34,729 bases of DNA from an uncultured Candidatus Saccharibacteria bacterium. Lineage in GTDB: Bacteria > Patescibacteriota > Minisyncoccia > UBA6257 > 2-01-FULL-56-20. The notes under the pieces are model-generated. The model saw nothing but the letters and a program-made list of their open reading frames with translations, did not search any database and was not told the origin of the DNA. Numbering within the stretch: the stretch's first letter is position 1; each line of letters begins with the position of its first letter. The stretch covers positions 1-34,729 of the forward strand of contig CAYIIM010000003.1 in NCBI GenBank assembly GCA_964363455.1. Reading direction: 5' to 3'. This document shows, piece after piece, positions 27,192 to 34,729 of the stretch. A program made the translations under genes and the position numbers.

Positions 27192-27230
27192 AGCGATACC
27201 AATATACTAATGCATACTAATTATACGAAT
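27192..27230 (+). repeat. 39-bp dispersed TACTAAT/TACGAAT element, copy 1
   Basis: AGCGATACCAATATACTAATGCATACTAATTATACGAAT; 33/39 identical to 32383-32421 by manual alignment. Confidence 0.75.
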
Positions 27231-27260
27231 CCAGATAAGAAAATACTGTATAATTAGGTG

Positions 27261-28136
27261 ATGACTTTTGAGGGAGATCCAACACTGGAAGAAGGGGTAA
27301 AATTGTTGGGAAAACTAAAAGAGTTGCTTAGAAATGAGTCGGTTTTGAATAAAGCTTTGGCTGACTTTCAGCACGTTTTTCATGATTTAGGTTTAACCGA
27401 AGAAGACTCTCGACAGCTTTCAAGTGAGATCGTGGAGATACTTGAAAAAGGGGATAATTTGGAAAATGCGGAGGAGTATATTTTTAAACAATTAAGTAAG
27501 ACTAAAACTAAAAACGGCCAAAATCTGGTTAAGAGTTTAAATGAAAAATTATCGGAGCGGTCAAAAATAATAGCTGAACAAATTAGTCCGCACTTAGGGA
27601 GCGTTACAGGAAAAGTTTTGGATTTTGGAGCTGGAGACGGAAGAATAGCCCAAACTATCCATAATGAATTTGGTTTGGACATTGAAGGAGTTGACGTCCG
27701 TGATTATAAGTCGACAGAAGTTAGTATACCGCTGAAAGTTTTTGACGGAGAACATCTAGCAGTGCCGGATAATACTTATCAAGCGGCGATTATGACAAAT
27801 GTTCTCCATCATGAGCTAGACAATGAAAAAATTATTCGAGAGCTAAGTCGGGTGGTAAAAGATCGAATCGTTGTTATCGAAACCATTCCGGCTGGAGATG
27901 ATGAGGATGAAATGAAGGGAGATTACGGACGAACTTTTTTAAATGATTATTTGTATAATCGTCTTTTTCATAACGCTAATATCTCCGTGCCAGGAACTTA
28001 TGAAACGCCAGAAGGATGGGTAGCGCGGTTTGCTCGGCATGGATGGAAGGTGGCTTTCGAGAGGGATTTGGGATTTGATCAGCCAGTTATCAGAGACCGA
28101 CATTACTTGTTTGTTTTTGAAAAAATCCAGAACTAA
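27261..28136 (+). CDS. class I SAM-dependent methyltransferase with helical N-terminal extension
   Basis: VLDFGAGDG, GVD, NVLHH, IRELSRV; ATG at 27261 lies 6 nt after TATAAT. Confidence 0.85.
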   Translation: MTFEGDPTLEEGVKLLGKLKELLRNESVLNKALADFQHVFHDLGLTEEDSRQLSSEIVEILEKGDNLENAEEYIFKQLSKTKTKNGQNLVKSLNEKLSERSKIIAEQISPHLGSVTGKVLDFGAGDGRIAQTIHNEFGLDIEGVDVRDYKSTEVSIPLKVFDGEHLAVPDNTYQAAIMTNVLHHELDNEKIIRELSRVVKDRIVVIETIPAGDDEDEMKGDYGRTFLNDYLYNRLFHNANISVPGTYETPEGWVARFARHGWKVAFERDLGFDQPVIRDRHYLFVFEKIQN

Positions 28137-28152
28137 TAAACTGAACTAAAAT

Positions 28153-29904
28153 ATGGTTTCTGAAACAAAGAGTTGCCAGAATTGTAAACAGGATTTCGTG
28201 ATTGAGCCAGAGGACTTCGGATTCTATGAAAAGATTAAAGTCCCGCCGCCGACTTGGTGTCCGGATTGTCGACAGCGACGACGTTATGCATGGCGGAATG
28301 AACGAACCCTTTACCGGCGGAGTTGTGATTTTTGTAAAAAGAATATAATTTCAATTTATTCTCAAAACAAACCTTTTACGGTTTATTGTACTGAGTGTTG
28401 GTGGTCTGATAAGTGGGATCCTTCTGGATTCGAGAGAGACTTTGATTTTTCAAGAGGTTTTTTTGAACAATTTCGTGAGTTACAATTGGCAGTTCCACGA
28501 ATTGCGTTGATGAATAAAAATAACGTTAATTCAGAATATACTCACCATTCGAGCAATAATAAGAACTGCTATTTTTCGTTTAGCCTCTTTGAGAGCGAGG
28601 ACATACAGTACTCAACTAATGTTTATTTGGGTGGTAAGGACTGCGTTGATTGTTATCACATCGAGGGTGGAAATAATCTTCTTTATGAATGCGTTGACAC
28701 TAGTAATAGTTATCGGTGTCAATTTGGCATCATTCTTAGAGATTGCAATGAGTGCCTATATTCGTACGATTGTAGGGGCTGCACGAATTGTTTTTTGTCA
28801 ACAAACCTAAGAAATAAGTCTTATTACATCGAGAATAAGCCGTACTCTAAAGAAGAGTATTTTAAAAAATTGGCTGAATATAAACTAGACTCTCATTTTG
28901 GAAGGGAACAAGCTTTTAGTCGGTTTCAAGGGATTTTGAAACAACAAGCAATTCATCGTTTTGCTTTTATTGAGAAATCAAATGATGTCTCAGGTAATAT
29001 TATTTTTAACTCGAAGAATTCTCACTTTGTTTTTGATGCCTATGACACTGAGGACTCTAAGTATTCTATGGTTTGTCCAGACATGAAGGACTCGATGGAT
29101 TCTTATCACGTAGGTTTTAAGTGTGAGTTAGATTATGAAACTCACGCATTAATTAGGTGTTATGATACGCAATTTACTCACCTTAGTTATGATAATTCCC
29201 ATCTTTCCTATTGTGATAGCTGTCATAACAGTGAAAATTTGTTTGGATGCGTCGGCTTAAAGAGTAGTAAATATTCAATCTTTAATAAAAAACTTAACAC
29301 TGATGAGTTTAAACTTTTAAAAGACAGAATTATTACTCATATGAAAGAGACGGGGGAGTATGGAGAGTTTTTCCCACGAGAACTTTCTCCTTTCGGGTAT
29401 AACGAAACTCAAGGACAAATTTACATGCCTTTTGAGAGTAGGGAGGAGGCTTTGAAAAATGGTTGGAAGTGGGAGGATGAGGCGGTTACTGGAACTTTCG
29501 GGAAGGAAACGCTGAAACCTGAGGAAGTGCCGGATTTAATCGACAACGTCGAAGATTCAATTCTCAACGAAGTTTTGGTTTGTATCAGCTGTAATCGAAA
29601 TTATCGAATTGTTAATAATGAACTTAATTTCTATAGAAGGGGAAAGATTCCGATCCCTAGAGCCTGCCCGGAATGTAGATACAAAACTCGACTTTCTTTT
29701 CGACCACCCCGTAAACTTTGGCATCGCAAATGTATGTGTAACACGACTGATGACCAGCAATTAATGACCAATGACAAATACAAAAACACAGCCCAACATT
29801 TTCATAGTGAGAGTCCATGTCCTAATGAATTTGAAACTAGTTATGCGCCAGAGCGACCGGAAATTGTTTACTGTGAGCAGTGTTATAACGCGGAAGTGGT
29901 TTGA
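28153..29904 (+). CDS. Cys-rich multi-zinc-ribbon protein, paralog 1
   Basis: CQNC...CPDCR, CDFC-x17-CTEC, central Cys/Ser/Asn short repeats, CISC...CPECR, C-x17-CEQC. Confidence 0.85.
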   Translation: MVSETKSCQNCKQDFVIEPEDFGFYEKIKVPPPTWCPDCRQRRRYAWRNERTLYRRSCDFCKKNIISIYSQNKPFTVYCTECWWSDKWDPSGFERDFDFSRGFFEQFRELQLAVPRIALMNKNNVNSEYTHHSSNNKNCYFSFSLFESEDIQYSTNVYLGGKDCVDCYHIEGGNNLLYECVDTSNSYRCQFGIILRDCNECLYSYDCRGCTNCFLSTNLRNKSYYIENKPYSKEEYFKKLAEYKLDSHFGREQAFSRFQGILKQQAIHRFAFIEKSNDVSGNIIFNSKNSHFVFDAYDTEDSKYSMVCPDMKDSMDSYHVGFKCELDYETHALIRCYDTQFTHLSYDNSHLSYCDSCHNSENLFGCVGLKSSKYSIFNKKLNTDEFKLLKDRIITHMKETGEYGEFFPRELSPFGYNETQGQIYMPFESREEALKNGWKWEDEAVTGTFGKETLKPEEVPDLIDNVEDSILNEVLVCISCNRNYRIVNNELNFYRRGKIPIPRACPECRYKTRLSFRPPRKLWHRKCMCNTTDDQQLMTNDKYKNTAQHFHSESPCPNEFETSYAPERPEIVYCEQCYNAEVV

Positions 29905-29907
29905 AAC

Positions 29908-29942
29908 TAGGAATTAGCCAATAGCCACTAGGGTCTAGGATA
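29908..29942 (+). repeat. TAG-led heptamer array
   Basis: TAGGAAT TAGCCAA TAGCCAC TAGGGTC TAGGATA. Confidence 0.85.
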
Positions 29943-29952
29943 TAATAAAGAA

Positions 29953-31716
29953 ATGAGTGCGGAAACAATAACCTGCCAGAACTGTAAACAGGATTTCGTG
30001 ATTGAAGCTGAAGACTTTGGATTTTACGAAAAGATTAAAGTTCCGCCGCCGACGTTTTGTCCGGAGTGCCGTTTGCAGAGGAGGCTGGCCTGGCGGAATG
30101 AGCGGGCGCTTTATAAAAGAAAGTGCGATTTGTGCGAGAATGGCATTATATCAATGTACACGGACTCGGTTGATTTTCCTGTCTACTGTCATGGTTGTTG
30201 GCTTTCGGATAAATGGGATCCTTTAGTTTATGGTCAAGAATACGATTTTTCTAAGCCGTTTTTTCAACAGTTTTCAGAGTTGTTCAGAAAGGTTCCTCGG
30301 AGTGCTTTGTATCAAAGGAGTTCAACAGATTCTCCTTACGCAAACTTAGTTGGTGAGAGTAAGAATGTTTACTTAGCCTATTCGACGGTTAACACCGAGG
30401 ACATTTTTTATTCTAAAATCGTTGATAAATCCCGATTTATTTATGATTCTTTGAGCGTGGCCGATTCCGAAAATTGCTACGGGAATATATATAGTGATAG
30501 GAATTTTAACTCGCATTTCCTTGAGTATTCTAATAACTGCATGGATTCTTGGTTTTTGTTTGATTGCAGCAATTGCAAAAACTGTGCGTTATCATCTAAT
30601 TTGAGGAATCAGGAATATGTTTTTAGAAATCAACGTTACTCTAAAGAAGATTATTTTTTGAAACTTAAAGAATTGAATTTGAGTAGTTTCGAAAGTCTTG
30701 GAAAAACGCGTAAAGAATTTTTGGACATCAAACTCCAGGCTATTCATAAATATGGTGATATATTGAAGTCAACTAATTCGACTGGTGATAATTTGTATGC
30801 GGCAAAAAACGCCAAAATTTGTTTTGATAGTTATGAAATTGAGGATTGTGCTTATTCTTTTAGGATAATTAAAATGAAAGATAGCATGGATTGCGCTTTT
30901 ACTGGAGTAGGCGCGGAATTGGTTTATGAGTATATTTCTGGCGGGTTAGGCAACTACGATGTTAAGTTTTCTTCTTTTGCTTTTAACTCAGTCAAGAATT
31001 CTTTTTATACCGACTATTGTGGTTCTGCCTCGGATCTTTTTGGTTGCATAGGTTTGCGAAGCAAGAAGTTTTGCATTTTAAATAAGCAATATACCGAAGA
31101 AGAATATCGAAATATTTTGCCTAAAATTTTGGAAAGTGTTCAATCTTTAGAATTTTCCGGAAATATTGGAAGAGAATACAAATATGGAGAGTTTTTCCCA
31201 ATCGAGTTATCGCCGTTTGCTTATAACGAAACAATCGCTCAAGAATATTTTCCCCTAACAAAGGAAAAAGCAGTTGAGATGGGTTATAAGTGGAAAGAAA
31301 CCGAAGAAAGGGAATATCAGTTGGATATTTTACCTGATAACTTGGCTGACAGCATCCAGGAGTTTGATGATAGTATTTTGGATAAAACTTTGGGTTGTGC
31401 TCACAAAGGAGATTGCAATCATCAATGTACTTATAGATTTAGACTAATTCCGGACGAGCTTCAATTTTATAAAAAAACTAATTTGCCAATTCCGCGCCTT
31501 TGTCCAAATTGCCGTCACTATGAAAGATTAAAACTTACAAATCCGCTCAGGCTTTGGAAGAGAAAATGCATGTGCAATTATGAAGTTTATCAGAATTCGG
31601 TTAATCATTCTCATCATCTTGAGGGTGAGTGCTTGAACGAATTTGAAACAAGTTATGCACCGGATCGAAAAGAAGTTGTTTACTGTGAGCAGTGCTATAA
31701 CGCGGAGGTGGTTTGA
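29953..31716 (+). CDS. Cys-rich multi-zinc-ribbon protein, paralog 2
   Basis: Same architecture as paralog 1; ends YCEQCYNAEVV. Confidence 0.85.
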   Translation: MSAETITCQNCKQDFVIEAEDFGFYEKIKVPPPTFCPECRLQRRLAWRNERALYKRKCDLCENGIISMYTDSVDFPVYCHGCWLSDKWDPLVYGQEYDFSKPFFQQFSELFRKVPRSALYQRSSTDSPYANLVGESKNVYLAYSTVNTEDIFYSKIVDKSRFIYDSLSVADSENCYGNIYSDRNFNSHFLEYSNNCMDSWFLFDCSNCKNCALSSNLRNQEYVFRNQRYSKEDYFLKLKELNLSSFESLGKTRKEFLDIKLQAIHKYGDILKSTNSTGDNLYAAKNAKICFDSYEIEDCAYSFRIIKMKDSMDCAFTGVGAELVYEYISGGLGNYDVKFSSFAFNSVKNSFYTDYCGSASDLFGCIGLRSKKFCILNKQYTEEEYRNILPKILESVQSLEFSGNIGREYKYGEFFPIELSPFAYNETIAQEYFPLTKEKAVEMGYKWKETEEREYQLDILPDNLADSIQEFDDSILDKTLGCAHKGDCNHQCTYRFRLIPDELQFYKKTNLPIPRLCPNCRHYERLKLTNPLRLWKRKCMCNYEVYQNSVNHSHHLEGECLNEFETSYAPDRKEVVYCEQCYNAEVV

Positions 31717-31719
31717 GGC

Positions 31720-31754
31720 TAGGGGTTAGCCAATAGCCACTAGGGTCTAGGATG
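31720..31754 (+). repeat. TAG-led heptamer array
   Basis: TAGGGGT TAGCCAA TAGCCAC TAGGGTC TAGGATG. Confidence 0.85.
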
Positions 31755-31775
31755 AAAACTGAAAAGGATTCTGGA

Positions 31776-31810
31776 TTTTCTATTGGCTATTCGCTAGTGG
31801 CTAGATACTA
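31776..31810 (-). repeat. TAG-led heptamer array on the minus strand starting at the stop of the 167 aa gene
   Basis: Reverse complement: TAGTATC TAGCCAC TAGCGAA TAGCCAA TAGAAAA. Confidence 0.85.
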
Positions 31811-32311
31811 ACTCTTAGTGCGTTCCATAAAGTCCCGCAGAGATTTAGGGGAGCTGGCGAAATGAAGCATGGTGCCGAAGGCGGTGCCGAGAGTCAGAGA
31901 TTTTATTAGTTCATTAGATTCGCGAATAAACAGGTAACTGACAATAGCGTAAGTAGCGACGGCCGTGGTTAGTAAGACGGTAAGGCCGATAGATTTATTC
32001 GAAGCAACCACTTTTTTGCTTACGAAAAGAACAAAAACGACAATGCTGGCACCAAAGGTTAAGGCAAGATCAATGCCTTGATCGAGGGGGTTGTGAGGGA
32101 AGCCGTTTTGAATGAAGCCGCCAATTTTATATACCAAAACGATGGCGACGAGGACAACGCCACCCCAGAAGCCGGCGTTGATGGCTTTGACGTCTTTGAT
32201 ATAGTCAGGATCTTTGGCGGTCTTTTTGGCCATAAAAATTACGATAAAAAGGATTAGAGGGATGACCACCCAATTGATGAAATCAAAGATTAGGTTAAGG
32301 GATTTGTTCAT
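31808..32311 (-). CDS. hypothetical integral membrane protein (about 5 TM)
   Basis: 167 aa hydrophobic ORF; TGGTAGAAT lies 6 nt before the ATG. Confidence 0.8.
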   Translation of the reverse strand: MNKSLNLIFDFINWVVIPLILFIVIFMAKKTAKDPDYIKDVKAINAGFWGGVVLVAIVLVYKIGGFIQNGFPHNPLDQGIDLALTFGASIVVFVLFVSKKVVASNKSIGLTVLLTTAVATYAIVSYLFIRESNELIKSLTLGTAFGTMLHFASSPKSLRDFMERTKS

Positions 32312-32382
32312 AGGATTATTCTACCAAGTCTCGGTGATTTTGAAAAGTGGATTTTTGTCGCTATAATTATAGCGTTGGAACG

Positions 32383-32421
32383 AGCGATGCTAATATACGA
32401 ATGCTTACTAATAATACTAAT
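32383..32421 (+). repeat. 39-bp dispersed TACTAAT/TACGAAT element, copy 2
   Basis: AGCGATGCTAATATACGAATGCTTACTAATAATACTAAT. Confidence 0.75.
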
Positions 32422-32435
32422 AACAAAATCTAGGT

Positions 32436-34265
32436 ATGGCATTTAGCGATCATGATGTAGTTTATTTTGGTCGGACTGACTTTCGCAACGCAAAGCGGCT
32501 TTTTGGCGTTAAGCGAAAGGATCGGCGGCAACATATGTATGTGGTCGGAAAGACTGGAACCGGTAAAACGGCGCTTTTACATAATATGGTGGTGCAGGAT
32601 ATTACGAACGGAGAGGGAGTGTGCGTAGTGGATCCGCACGGAGAGTTCGTCGAAAGCCTGCTTTCAATGATTCCTGAAGAGAGGGCGAAGGATGTGATTT
32701 ATTTTAATCCGGCGGACACGGATTATCCGCTGGGTTTTAATCCGCTTGAGTTGCCGGATTCAAAGTATAAACACCTGGCGGCGTCGGGACTGATGGCGAT
32801 TTTTACAAAAATCTGGGCCAACGTTTGGTCGGCGAGAATGGAGTATATTATGAATAACGCCGTTTTGGCCCTTTTGGAAACGCCAGGATCGACGTTACTT
32901 GGAGTGACTAGAATTTTAGTGGATAAAGATTTTCGCCAGAAAATTATTGCGAACGTTAAGGATCCGGTGGTGAAAGCTTTTTGGGTGAATGAATACGAGG
33001 CTTGGAGGGATCAGTTTAGAAACGAAGCGATTGCTCCGATCCAAAACAAAGTGGGACAGTTTTTATCGACAGATTTGATTCGAAACGTGGTGGGTCAGCC
33101 AACGAGTACGATTGATATTTTTGATATTATGAATACCAGGAAAATCTTCTTGGTCAACGTGTCAAAAGGGAGAATCGGAGAAGACAACTCAGCGCTTTTG
33201 GGAGCCATGCTTATTACAAAAATTCAGCTTTCGGCGATGGAAAGGGTCAGAATAGATGAAGAAGCTCGAGCTGATTTTTATTTATACGTCGACGAGTTTC
33301 AAAATTTTGCGACAGATTCTTTTGCGGGGATCCTTTCGGAAGCCAGAAAATATCGTTTGAATTTGATTTTGGCTCACCAATATATTGGGCAGTTGGTGAC
33401 GGATGTATCAACGAAAGTTCGGGACGCGGTTTTTGGTAACTGTGGAACGATGCTGTTTTTTAGGATTGGAGCCACGGACGCGGAGTTTTTAGAAAAGGAA
33501 ATGACGCCGGAGTTTTTGCCGGAAGATATGGTGAATTTGCCGAACTACGCGATTTATTTGAAGCTGATGGTGGGAGGAGTAACATCGAGGCCGTTTTCAG
33601 CAGCGACCTTGCCGCCCTTTAAAGTACCGACTTCGGCGATGACGATCGAGAGTATTATTGCTAATTCTCGGAGGATTTACGCGAAATCTCGAGTTGATGT
33701 TGAGGATGCGATTAATCGATGGAGCGGAATGATGGGAGATATGGGACCGGAAGAACCACAACAAGGGAGTGGAGAGCCGGGGAGTAAATTACCAGAAGGA
33801 CAGAAAATTTCCGCGGTTTGCGCGTCATGTGGAAAGGCAACAACCTTGAACTTTGTGCCGACGGAGGGACGGCCTATTTATTGCAAAGATTGTTTGGCGA
33901 AAATCAAAGCAGGGGAGATGCCAAGAGTGAAGGTGGCGAAATTTAAAGCGCCAAAGATTCAAGACAGAAGTTATTCGGATTTGGCGGGATTGGGGATTGA
34001 ATTTGAAGAGCAAAAAGGGGGGCTGAAACCTGAGCCAAAATTTATACCAAAACCAGAACCACCTTCTTCGCCTAAGCCTCGGGAATTTAGGGGAGCTGGG
34101 GCTGAGGAATCGACTCAGACTTTATCACTTAAAGATTTAAAACCAAGTAACTTTGATCGAACAGTGAAAGAAAAGCAACCATCGACTGTGAGTATTGATG
34201 AGATGCGGAAATCTATTGCTGAGGCGCTTAAATCGCAGATGTCAGGAGGTGAGGGCGGCGAGTAA
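32436..34265 (+). CDS. VirD4/TraG/TrwB-like coupling-protein ATPase with C-terminal CxxC-x17-CxxC zinc ribbon
   Basis: Walker A GKTGTGKT, VDPHGE, Walker B LYVDEFQ, SEARKYRL, AHQYIGQL; CASC-x17-CKDC at 33819-33893. Confidence 0.88.
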   Translation: MAFSDHDVVYFGRTDFRNAKRLFGVKRKDRRQHMYVVGKTGTGKTALLHNMVVQDITNGEGVCVVDPHGEFVESLLSMIPEERAKDVIYFNPADTDYPLGFNPLELPDSKYKHLAASGLMAIFTKIWANVWSARMEYIMNNAVLALLETPGSTLLGVTRILVDKDFRQKIIANVKDPVVKAFWVNEYEAWRDQFRNEAIAPIQNKVGQFLSTDLIRNVVGQPTSTIDIFDIMNTRKIFLVNVSKGRIGEDNSALLGAMLITKIQLSAMERVRIDEEARADFYLYVDEFQNFATDSFAGILSEARKYRLNLILAHQYIGQLVTDVSTKVRDAVFGNCGTMLFFRIGATDAEFLEKEMTPEFLPEDMVNLPNYAIYLKLMVGGVTSRPFSAATLPPFKVPTSAMTIESIIANSRRIYAKSRVDVEDAINRWSGMMGDMGPEEPQQGSGEPGSKLPEGQKISAVCASCGKATTLNFVPTEGRPIYCKDCLAKIKAGEMPRVKVAKFKAPKIQDRSYSDLAGLGIEFEEQKGGLKPEPKFIPKPEPPSSPKPREFRGAGAEESTQTLSLKDLKPSNFDRTVKEKQPSTVSIDEMRKSIAEALKSQMSGGEGGE

Positions 34266-34269
34266 GGAT

Positions 34270-34729
34270 ATGAAAGTTAAGAAAACGAAACCAATTAGAT
34301 TTGATATTTTGACGATTTTTCCGAAAATTTTTGATTCGTATTTTGGCGAATCTCTCTTTAAGCGCGCTGTGATCGCCGGGCTGGTTCAAATTGTTTTTCA
34401 TGACTTGAGGCAGTTTTCTTTAAATAGGCATAAGAAAGTTGATGACACGCCTTTTGGCGGAGGACCAGGAATGGTGATGCAAGTTGAGCCTATCTATGGA
34501 GCCCTCGAAGAGATTAAAAAGAAAAACTCGAAGAAGAAAAAAAGAATTATTCTTTTTAGTACGCGGGGAAAAAAGTTAAATGCTTCAATCGCGAAAAGAT
34601 TAGCAGGTTATGATCAGCTTGTGTTAATTTGTGGCCGTTATGAGGGAATTGATGAGAGAGTGGCGGAAAATTTAGCGGATGAAGAAATTTAAATGGGTGT
34701 TTCCGGGGTTGAGGGGGGAGAGTTGCGGG
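34270..34729 (+). CDS. trmD: tRNA (guanine-N1)-methyltransferase, partial at window end, with apparent premature stop at 34690-34692
   Basis: FDILTIFP, VDDTPFGGGPGMVM, LICGRYEGIDERV; likely start ATG at 34270 (MKVKKTKPIRF). Confidence 0.93.

Noticed and set aside
29864-31753. Possible DGR template/variable repeat pair: 5 of 6 mismatches are A in copy 1
   Set aside because: All five are A/G transitions, four lie outside the CDS, both copies are ends of full paralogs, and no reverse transcriptase is in the window.
32436-34265. Conjugative element implied by the VirD4-like gene
   Set aside because: No relaxase, VirB4 or other transfer genes are in the window, and the gene sits next to core trmD.
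34195-34269. N-terminal extension of trmD in the ORF track
   Set aside because: It overlaps the ATPase gene; the ATG at 34270, just after the upstream stop, is the plausible start.
1-34729. Alternative genetic code (TGA read as Gly)
   Set aside because: TGA ends genes at expected positions (rseP, both Cys-rich paralogs), and long ORFs are intact under code 11.

Overview
Chromosomal segment of a bacterium that looks like CPR/Patescibacteria, probably Parcubacteria. This placement is inferred from the gene set, few Shine-Dalgarno sites, Ser/Thr-triplet-rich surface proteins and palindromic repeats; TGA is used as a stop codon. Housekeeping genes (HTH-murA, mreB, holB, frr, rseP, tRNA-Gln, cutA, pepA, a VirD4/TraG-like ATPase, trmD) are interleaved with orphan genes. 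The main accessory block is a nine-gene, ~16.5 kb secreted/surface cluster (8513-25044) built from shuffled modules. One Cys-containing beta-sandwich scaffold occurs bare (329 aa) and twice with a six-blade Kelch propeller inserted at the same site (2042 aa, 624 aa). The cluster also has two stand-alone Kelch propellers, a DUF916-like membrane-anchored partner, one dockerin protein and two membrane-anchored cohesin proteins. A second notable feature is a nested tRNA locus: an intact tRNA-Gln(TTG) inside a long hairpin that interrupts the D-loop of another tRNA-Gln. The window also holds period-7 TAG-led arrays at gene ends, palindromic elements (some in-frame in core genes), many apparently leaderless promoters, and two tandem Cys-rich zinc-ribbon paralogs with conserved ends and divergent middles. 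All domain calls are by eye from motifs; no searches were run.
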